Notes under the pieces: model-generated
Databases searched by the model: none
What the model was told of the DNA's origin: nothing
Seen by the model: the letters and a program-made list of their open reading frames with translations, nothing else
Translations under genes and position numbers: made by a program
Shown: positions 57,464 to 64,000 of the stretch, in pieces
How positions within the stretch are numbered: position 1 is the first letter of the stretch
Layout of the letters: every line of letters starts with the position of its first letter
From: an uncultured Verrucomicrobiae bacterium
GTDB taxonomy: Bacteria; Verrucomicrobiota; Verrucomicrobiia; Limisphaerales; Palsa-1400
Direction of reading: 5' to 3'
Assembly (NCBI GenBank): GCA_963764165.1
Contig: CAVXRD010000002.1
Location: 32,001 to 96,000, forward strand
DNA length: 64,000 nucleotides

Positions 57464-57889
57464 TTATTGAACTGTTGAGCCGTTTGCTGGCGTGTCGATT
57501 GTAACGGTGAGCGCGCCTGCTGCCGGATTGTTTGGGTCAGCCAGTTCGTAATCGGGAATTCCGCTGTAAAATTGTTCTATTTGCGCTTTGAAAAAACCCG
57601 CAGAGTAACCTTCTCCATTAACGTTGAAGTTGGTGATACCGTTCGTTCCTAGGGCAATCAATTGCCACGGATAATCAGGGTCCGCGAGGGAAGGAGTCCA
57701 ATACAGCTCGTAAGAATTGGTGGAGATTGCGTTCGTAATTACGACGACATATTGGTTTGTGCCGGCAGAATTAATGGCGAGTCCGGGCGGGGTCTGAGCA
57801 CAGAGTTTGAAAGCGAAACAAAGAAGAATGAATGCGGCTACGCTTGCACCGGCGAATGTTGCCCAATATTTTTGAAGGATTGTTTTCAT
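57464..57889 (-). CDS. Small secreted protein upstream of Rhs
   Basis: Signal peptide; YELYWTPSL...W...AGFFKA; ends 15 bp before the Rhs start. Confidence 0.72.
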   Translation of the reverse strand: MKTILQKYWATFAGASVAAFILLCFAFKLCAQTPPGLAINSAGTNQYVVVITNAISTNSYELYWTPSLADPDYPWQLIALGTNGITNFNVNGEGYSAGFFKAQIEQFYSGIPDYELADPNNPAAGALTVTIDTPANGSTVQ

Positions 57890-58087
57890 TGGATTCCCTG
57901 AAGTTGGCTTATTGAGTAATCTATTTCTTTGCCGTTAAGTTGACGCTCTTTCCCCTAATTTGATCCGCTGCCCACCTGGTATTTTGTTGCGATTGCGTTG
58001 CCTTATAGAGCGTTTTCGCCGCCCTGCTGCCCGATACTTGACTATAGCAAAGTTCCTGTCAAGGCCGATGTTTTGCGAGGCTTCGTC

Positions 58088-58399
58088 ATGCCCGGCATCG
58101 GACATTACGAAACGATACGAAAGGAAATTATTCGACTTTTGCGCCTCGAACGCGAGCGTCGAGGGCTCTCTAATTACGTCGTGGCGCAACGTTCCGGGGT
58201 CTCTGAATCCATGTTGAGTTTGGTTGAGCGGGGACTTAGAAATCCAACGCTCGAATTGATGCTGCGTGTTGCGGACGGAATCGGAGTAAACTTGGCCTAT
58301 TTTATCGAAGAAGCCCAACAACCTGCTCACAGAGTCACTCCAAAAGGGCGCGTCAGAGGAAAACAACAAACCGCAAACAGCTCGCCTCCCAAAAAATGA
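58088..58399 (+). CDS. XRE-family HTH regulator (divergent from the Rhs operon)
   Basis: LRLERERRGLSNYVVAQRSGVSESMLSLVERGLRNPTL. Confidence 0.85.
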   Translation: MPGIGHYETIRKEIIRLLRLERERRGLSNYVVAQRSGVSESMLSLVERGLRNPTLELMLRVADGIGVNLAYFIEEAQQPAHRVTPKGRVRGKQQTANSSPPKK

Positions 58400-58997
58400 G
58401 CCGTCCCCGAGAACAATGCGCTGAGTCAATGGGCTCGACACAGTGAAAGCTTTTCGTCGGAATGGCGGTCGCGAGCCTTGCGCCAGCCCGATATAAAAGC
58501 TCCGCGATAGCCCCAGCCGCAAGTCATCCTGCATGACACATTTTCCGTCCGATTCCTCATTCAAAAGATTCGCTAAATGCTTGCGACAACAGTTCTCGGC
58601 CAATACGTCAATTTGCGGAAACCACGCTCGCTTCGTCCCCGTGAGCCGTGCTGCGACACAGCGCCGATGCGCGTCATGCGAATGAACTTTTTTGGAGTTC
58701 AACATTTTTCGTTTGAAATTGGAAAATTCTTAGTTGCTCCAACATGAACACCATTCGCCTTTATTTGCGAGGAGATTTTCTGAATGAGAGCCCTTCGGAT
58801 TTCAGCCATTGCCCTTTCAGGTTTGCCCCTTTTTCTGTAAAAAGAAGGCATTTCAGCAGACTTTGAGTGACAGGATTGGTTGCAGTGGAGGATAGGGCCA
58901 TTTTCGCCCATTGGAGAAGGTTGCAATGCGACAGCCGGTCTTAAGTGCTGCATACTTGATACGTTAATCAGTTCATCAACCACCATGCAAGCGCAAA

Positions 58998-59035
58998 ATG
59001 CGGATTATAATCCGTGGACGCTAAATCCTCACTAT
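58998..59035 (+). promoter_or_regulatory. C-box-like double operator
   Basis: Perfect palindrome CGGATTATAATCCG at 59001-59014, a central GTG, then a weaker GGACGCTAAATCC, just upstream of a C-protein-like gene. Confidence 0.6.
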
Positions 59036-59048
59036 TCAACACTGTCAA

Positions 59049-59279
59049 TTGTTGAAAAAGGATCCTTCGCTCAAAGCGTTTGGAGAGAAAGTCCGCCAAG
59101 TGCGAAAGGCACAAGGATTGTCTCAGGAGGGTCTTGCCTTTGAATCAGGAATAGATCGCAGCTACATGGGAGGTGTCGAACGGGGAGAACGAAATTTGTC
59201 CCTAAAAAAAATGTGTCGGATTGCCAAGGTACTGCATTGCGATTTGTCCACTTTAACCACGGGCTTGCCTCTCGACTGA
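59049..59279 (+). CDS. XRE-family, R-M controller (C-protein)-like regulator
   Basis: FGEKVRQVRKAQGLSQEGLAFESGIDRSYMGGVERGERNLSL. Confidence 0.88.
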   Translation: MLKKDPSLKAFGEKVRQVRKAQGLSQEGLAFESGIDRSYMGGVERGERNLSLKKMCRIAKVLHCDLSTLTTGLPLD

Positions 59280-59588
59280 AAAATCGAGCTGAAAAACAGA
59301 TTTTCTGACAGGGCGAATCGATTCGAGGAATTTGACCCTTTGTTTTTTTCTGCATTATCCTGTACCCTCCTGAACAAACGATGTAGAACAATTATCAAAC
59401 TTTAGCGTAACCTAGGTTACGGTCCCATCTAAAACCGCGAATTTTAATGTGCAAGACCGCAACCGGGCCGCCCCGAATCGGGCGCGGCTCGGCGTACTCT
59501 TGCACGGGCGCTTCGCGGTGCCTAGATGGGGGTGCGTTGAGTCCGCGCCTTTTCCGTTCCTGGATGTTCGTTAAGAAGAAAGAGAGAA

Positions 59589-60008
59589 ATGAACACCACC
59601 GAACCACGGGCGTTTACGCCGAACCACGAAATCAAAATTCTCCTCATTGATGATGACCCCGGAATGTTGAGGGTACTGAATTCCGTTCTTTCAATTGGAG
59701 GGTACAGCGTCGAATCGGCAAGTAACGGCAAGGAGGCGGTTCACTTGATCGAAACCCAGTCCTTTGACGCAATCGTTTCTGATGTCGATCTTCCTGACAT
59801 AGACGGGTTCGAGATTTGCAAGCTGGTTCGGCGGCACCCCCGTTACAAACTGACACCCATTATACTCATGTCGGGGCGATTGCCCGAGGAACAGCGACCG
59901 GAGGCAATTGAAGCGGGAGCCAATGATTTCTTGGGCAAGCCTTTTCCTGCGAAACGGCTTCTCGAAAAACTTTCGCTCGCTCTTGCAATCAAACCCCCCG
60001 CCTTATGA
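59589..60008 (+). CDS. Single-domain response regulator
   Basis: ILLIDDD...IVSDVDLPDIDG...LMSG...GKPF. Confidence 0.9.
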   Translation: MNTTEPRAFTPNHEIKILLIDDDPGMLRVLNSVLSIGGYSVESASNGKEAVHLIETQSFDAIVSDVDLPDIDGFEICKLVRRHPRYKLTPIILMSGRLPEEQRPEAIEAGANDFLGKPFPAKRLLEKLSLALAIKPPAL

Positions 60009-60188
60009 AAATGGAAGAAATTGCGCGGCGGGTGGAAATGCAAAATGAAAAAGCTGAACAGGCCGCAAAATGGAATCGGTTGAGGGAGGAACTGTGGCAG
60101 CGCGTAAAGACAGCTATAGCCAAAGAAAAGTCCAAAGCACGGGATGCCGGGGACGGTGTCGAGCCCAAGAATAAAATGACACGATTGC

Positions 60189-61685
60189 TTAGGCTCCCAA
60201 CCCTGCCAACCAGCGGCGCTTGTACCACCGAGAAATCTTTCCATCGGCCTCCAGTGGCGGAAGGACCGTTTTTTTTAGTCCGCGTTCGCAATGCACCAGC
60301 ACGCATTGATGCTTTCTCAGGTTGCGCAATTCGTATGGTTTCATTTTGTGTTCGTCCTGGTCGTAATAATTGCGCGTGGTCGTTCCGTTGGAATAACCCC
60401 AACTGCGTTTGGTCACTTTTTTCTGCCCAAGAAAATCGGCGCTGTCCAAAGCTCCCGCTTCGTCGGCAGCTTTGAAAATGATTCTGTTGCGCAGATTCAG
60501 CGTGAAAACCTTGGCTTTGTCGGCCCCAAGTGGCGGGATGAACGAGGTCGCTGACTGAGCGGCCGCAACCATCGTGGCCCGAGCTTCCCGAATTACGTCG
60601 ATGGAATTGAAATCGCTCATGCCGTCTTCGCTGGCCGTCACAAACCGCTGCGCCTCGTCGGCCCACAGAATGAGCAGATTATCGTCGGCTCGCTCCTGTT
60701 TGGTGTGGTCAAATCGCCGCAGAACGTGCGTGTAAAAAAGCATTTTGAGATACGTATTCACGTAACGTCGCTCCATTTGATATTTCTGCGGCATCGAAAC
60801 GCAGATAATTTTCCCGTGGTCGATGTCTGAAAAGTCAAACGTGTTGCTTTTGCCGATGGGGCAGAACACCTCAGAAATGTCCGGGGCGGCGAAGCATTGA
60901 AGATAGTTGCCGATGGTTTCCCGAACACCACCGATTTGCTCGGGCGGCTGATTCTGATAACGATTGACAAAGTGATCCCGCAGTTCATTCCGCCTCTGGG
61001 TGCGATGGCTTTCAGCCAAAGTCTTCATGGCTTCGTCGAGATCATTCTTGTCGAGCAAGATGCTGAGGGCGTTTTCCAGCGTCACGTCACCCGCAATTTC
61101 GTAAAGCAGTTCCAGCGCAAAGGCGATGTGGGTTTGGGCCTGCGTTTTGAAAAACCCTTTGTCTCCCTGCTGGCCCAAGCTGCTGGCCGAATCGACCACA
61201 AATTTGGCGAACGTGCTGAACGGGATACCCGGCGCGGACGTGAGATTGTATTTATGCTTCGGCTTCCAGTCTGAACGAGCATTGTCCGGTCTGACTTGCA
61301 AGAGAATTAAATCCCGCTCTCGGTTGAAGTGTTTTGCCATCGCTTCCAGCGTTTCCCAATAAATGCCTTTGTCGTCGATGCACAGACCGCCCCAACGCGG
61401 CTCGTTCTTGAAAACTTGATAGAGCAACTGGTTGATGCCGGAACGAGTTTTCCCTGAACCCGTGTCGCCCGTAATCAGCCAACCTCGGCAGAAATCCTCT
61501 CGCGACCATGAAAGCCCATTAAGCCGAACAATTGCCTTGGTGCCATTTCCCCACAGGAGAACAAAACCAACTACCCCTGCCGCCAGCAACAAAGCCCAAT
61601 CCCATGAAGGGATATGCGCCAGACTCCGCCACAGCGCAGCCGCTTCGCTGGCCGTCCCCCTCAAGATGTGATTCAAAGCATTCAT
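60189..61685 (-). CDS. virD4: VirD4/TraG-like type IV coupling protein
   Basis: N-terminal TM, GDTGSGKT, LWADEAQRF, REAR...AAQS, NLRNRIIFK. Confidence 0.87.
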   Translation of the reverse strand: MNALNHILRGTASEAAALWRSLAHIPSWDWALLLAAGVVGFVLLWGNGTKAIVRLNGLSWSREDFCRGWLITGDTGSGKTRSGINQLLYQVFKNEPRWGGLCIDDKGIYWETLEAMAKHFNRERDLILLQVRPDNARSDWKPKHKYNLTSAPGIPFSTFAKFVVDSASSLGQQGDKGFFKTQAQTHIAFALELLYEIAGDVTLENALSILLDKNDLDEAMKTLAESHRTQRRNELRDHFVNRYQNQPPEQIGGVRETIGNYLQCFAAPDISEVFCPIGKSNTFDFSDIDHGKIICVSMPQKYQMERRYVNTYLKMLFYTHVLRRFDHTKQERADDNLLILWADEAQRFVTASEDGMSDFNSIDVIREARATMVAAAQSATSFIPPLGADKAKVFTLNLRNRIIFKAADEAGALDSADFLGQKKVTKRSWGYSNGTTTRNYYDQDEHKMKPYELRNLRKHQCVLVHCERGLKKTVLPPLEADGKISRWYKRRWLAGLGA

Positions 61686-62047
61686 AAAAGAAACCGGCCC
61701 AGGACAAAGCCGGTAATCAGACAGGCCAGCGACGCGATCAAGATGGCAGTGACTTTGCCGTGGGCCAATTCCTCGCGGAATTTTGGAAAGGCGCGCAATT
61801 CCTCGGTGACGCTCCCGGTTTGCTTCGTCAATTCTTTGATGAGTCGGTCGGTTTGTTCCAAAGTGTCCCGAAACTCCGTGTATGAAGGCGGCGGCGGGTT
61901 GATAGGGCCATTGCCGTAGCGATGATTGAAGTAAATTTCCAGCAGCTCCAAGATGGCCGTCGTCGGGTCGTTCTCACGGATTTTGTGCTTCTGCTTCCAT
62001 TCCGCGATGGATTTTTGGAGCGAGATGGTGACTGCGGTTTCGTTCAT
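61682..62047 (-). CDS. TraM(IncP)/StbC-like protein with C-terminal TM
   Basis: HKIRENDP motif, coiled coil, terminal TM; third gene of the TraKL-like module. Confidence 0.55.
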   Translation of the reverse strand: MNETAVTISLQKSIAEWKQKHKIRENDPTTAILELLEIYFNHRYGNGPINPPPPSYTEFRDTLEQTDRLIKELTKQTGSVTEELRAFPKFREELAHGKVTAILIASLACLITGFVLGRFLL

Positions 62048-62739
62048 ACAAGAAGAAGTTCCTGGGCAGATTGAAGTTGTTCGTTAAAACGCCGTTGCCA
62101 GTTGAGCAGGCGTTGCCGGTCAATGATCGAGCATTTGTCGGACTGCCCACCCTGGCTGACGGTTAAATTCTCGGCGTTCAGCTTGGCCACCAGCCAACCG
62201 TATAGCGGGGGCATCATGATTTCCTTGGCCCGCAATTCGCCCACCACCTTTTTCCGCGTTTGGCTCTCGTCATAAAGTCGGAAGTCTTCGCACAGGCCGT
62301 AATTCTTGACCACGACATAGGCGCTTTGATCTGACAGCACCTCGGAAAGCAGTTGCACTTGCCCCACCGCGTCCGCGTCGTGAGAAATCGGGATGATGAC
62401 GGTGAGTGACGCTTTCAACTTTCCAAGCAGTTCGGCAAATCCGACTTCGCCGAAATAGGCCAGAAATTGATCGGTCGAGGCGGCGCGTCCATCCACCACT
62501 ACCAGTGGTTGAACATCCAGCGAAGTGAAAATGGCATCCATTTCCTGCTTCTTGTCCAAATTGACGAACACCGCTTCGGGATGCGCTCGTTTCAAGCTGG
62601 AATTGGCGTTATCCGTGTCGATGGCGACATGGGGTTGATTTTGGTCTTTCAGGAATTGCACGAGGTTGACGGCAAAGAAACTTTTGCCGACGCCTCCTTT
62701 GGCATTCAGGACCATGATGATTCGTTTTTTTGTGCTCAT
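62044..62739 (-). CDS. TraL/StbB-like ParA-family ATPase
   Basis: Deviant Walker A KGGVGKS, IDTDNAN, VVVDG; start MSTKK at 62739. Confidence 0.78.
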   Translation of the reverse strand: MSTKKRIIMVLNAKGGVGKSFFAVNLVQFLKDQNQPHVAIDTDNANSSLKRAHPEAVFVNLDKKQEMDAIFTSLDVQPLVVVDGRAASTDQFLAYFGEVGFAELLGKLKASLTVIIPISHDADAVGQVQLLSEVLSDQSAYVVVKNYGLCEDFRLYDESQTRKKVVGELRAKEIMMPPLYGWLVAKLNAENLTVSQGGQSDKCSIIDRQRLLNWQRRFNEQLQSAQELLLV

Positions 62740-63107
62740 AAACTTTTGGGATCGACCACGCGCGGGCCGGTGGGTGCCTGGTAACGTCCTGTTCTGCGTT
62801 GGTCGGCCAGCGCCTTGGCGGCGGTCATGCCGTTGCTGGACGCACAGCGTACCTTTTGCTTTCGTTTGCTGCCGCGACTTTCCGGTTCGGCTAAAACGAG
62901 GTGGCAAAAGCGGGCCACGGTATCAGCCGAGACGGCCACGGCGGTTTGGGCCAAGTAGGTGCGAATGATTTCGTAGGACGCTCCCTTTTTTCGGGCTTCC
63001 GCAATCGAATCCCGGAATTCCAGCAGGAGCCGCAATTTGGCCGGTCGCAGCGATGGGTGCTGCTGAATCAAGTTTTCAAAAGCGTGGCGTGAATCGTTGG
63101 CGTCCAT
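62736..63107 (-). CDS. TraK(IncP)/StbA-like DNA-binding protein
   Basis: FRDSIAEARKKGASYEIIRTYL...VSADTVARF HTH-like unit; upstream of the TraL-like ATPase and next to the repeat array. Confidence 0.6.
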   Translation of the reverse strand: MDANDSRHAFENLIQQHPSLRPAKLRLLLEFRDSIAEARKKGASYEIIRTYLAQTAVAVSADTVARFCHLVLAEPESRGSKRKQKVRCASSNGMTAAKALADQRRTGRYQAPTGPRVVDPKSL

Positions 63108-63131
63108 AGATCAAACCTCGAAATGTCGTTT

Positions 63132-63406
63132 GTTCTTGCGGCAGTCCTGCGGCAATCGTCGTCGAAGCATCGTTGGCCGCGGCGGGAGGTGTGCGGCAAG
63201 TTTCGTTGAAAAATCGTTGAGGTCTGCGGCAATCTTGCGACAAAGATCGTTGGAACTTGCGGCAGTCCTGCGGCTAAAGTCGGTGAATTTTGCGGCAATG
63301 CTGCGGCAAAGATCGTTGAAACCTGCGTCAATATTGCGGGACGGATTGTTGAAGTTTGCGGGAGACTTGCGGCAAAAATCGTCGAGACTTGCGGCGAGTT
63401 TCGTTG
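63132..63406. repeat. Degenerate tandem array: six 33-bp units built from 11-bp subunits
   Basis: Units start at 63209, 63242, 63275, 63308, 63341 and 63374, consensus aaa.ATCGTTG a...tTGCGGC a...tTGCGGC; extra 11-mers at 63132-63208. Confidence 0.85.
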
Positions 63407-63505
63407 GCCAACATCTAACGGACGTTAGAGGTCGGGCGTCCCTTCCTTTTTCATGGGCATACAGCGAATGCACGCCCACAGTTAAGCACAGTCCATTCTG
63501 TGCAG

Positions 63506-63525
63506 TTGTTCAGGCTTCTGAACAA
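63506..63525. promoter_or_regulatory. ICE operator copy 4 (TTGTTCAG-GCTT-CTGAACAA)
   Basis: Palindrome upstream of the repeat array and the traKLM-virD4 operon. Confidence 0.75.
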
Positions 63526-63869
63526 TCGGACTCCGAACTGAGGCAGCGCAATGCGCTCATTTCATCTGCGTCAGATTCACATTATCTGGCTTCAGGACCA
63601 CGGTCTTTTCGCGATGTCGCCACCCATTTTCAGCGATTTTCGATTGGTTTAACAAATGGGCGATCATCGGCTTTTTGTGCGATGCAGTCCTGCGAAAAAA
63701 CCCCATACGCAGCCTTGGGTGGGGAATAGCAAAAACCCCCAATTGGCTGAGGGCCAGAGCACAAAAAACTGCTTGTGCAGAGGTTGATCAACGGGCAAAC
63801 TCGCCACGCTGGCAAAAGGCTCGAAGGAGTCAGGCAATTAATGTAATTTATAATAGGACAATAGGACGT

Positions 63870-64000
63870 ATGAACAAATATGACCCGAGCGAACCGTGGT
63901 GCGATCTTCTTGAGAGCGCCACAGCGCCAGACCACATCGTCCAACTTTATCAGGATGAAAAATTCCTGAGTCGCGCCGTCTGCCGCTTCGCGGTTTCCGC
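63870..64000 (+). CDS. MEDS-domain sensory protein, 5' end (partial)
   Basis: MNKYDPSEPWCDLLESATAPDHIVQLYQDEKFLSRAVCRF; 'HIVQLY.D..FL...V..F' is MEDS-like. Confidence 0.65.
   Translation, partial: MNKYDPSEPWCDLLESATAPDHIVQLYQDEKFLSRAVCRFAVS

Larger units (their letters stand above)
17712..64000. mobile_element. Integrative conjugative element integrated at tRNA-Lys; right end beyond the window
   Basis: Truncated tRNA border, att-arm motifs, Xis-like HTH, VirB4/B5/B6/B10 and VirD4 homologues, DarB-like helicase, TnpV-like gene and TraKL-like genes. Confidence 0.88.

Noticed and set aside
57935..58705. 256-aa minus-strand ORF
   Set aside because: Antisense shadow of the XRE gene with no protein-like features.
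60005..60475. 156-aa plus-strand ORF after the response regulator
   Set aside because: Mostly antisense to virD4; only the first ~55 codons could be real and there is no supporting motif.
63132..63406. CRISPR array
   Set aside because: The repeats are contiguous and degenerate with no unique spacers, and no cas genes are visible.
63068..63729. ORFs spanning the repeat array (210 aa +, 122 aa -, 87 aa -)
   Set aside because: They are open mainly because the repeat lacks stops, and the 11-bp periodicity is not codon-phased. Not fully excluded.

Overview
The window has two parts and probably comes from a Verrucomicrobiota genome (inferred from the H-X9-DG prepilins, GloVer-type tandem-repeat protein and SWIB/PUR genes). 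Bases 1-17.6 kb are host chromosome: an MFS 3' end, a GT4 glycosyltransferase, a TM-TPR protein, an S53 protease/beta-propeller surface protein, an M3 peptidase, a broken ECF-sigma cassette, prepilins, a secreted protein and REP-like palindromes. At 17671-17711 a promoter-bearing 5' half of tRNA-Lys(CTT) stops just after the anticodon loop. IHF-like and arm-type repeats follow, marking the left end of an integrative conjugative element (ICE) that runs past the right edge. The ICE carries an Xis-like HTH, a VirB2/3/4/5/6/8/9/10-like T4SS with no visible VirB11, a stand-alone ClpB-D2-type AAA+ ATPase head-to-head with the pilin, a VirD4 coupling protein and a TraKLM/StbABC-like module beside a helically phased 11/33-bp repeat array. 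It also encodes a DarB-like methylase-helicase with a TnpV-like gene nested in its 5' end. Cargo includes signalling genes, a nucleoid-protein cluster and a 3651-aa signal-peptide Rhs toxin with a coupled immunity candidate. A palindrome TGTTCAG-N4-CTGAACA recurs four times upstream of ICE operons. No integrase or relaxase is visible in the window. All family calls come from motif recognition by eye, not database searches.
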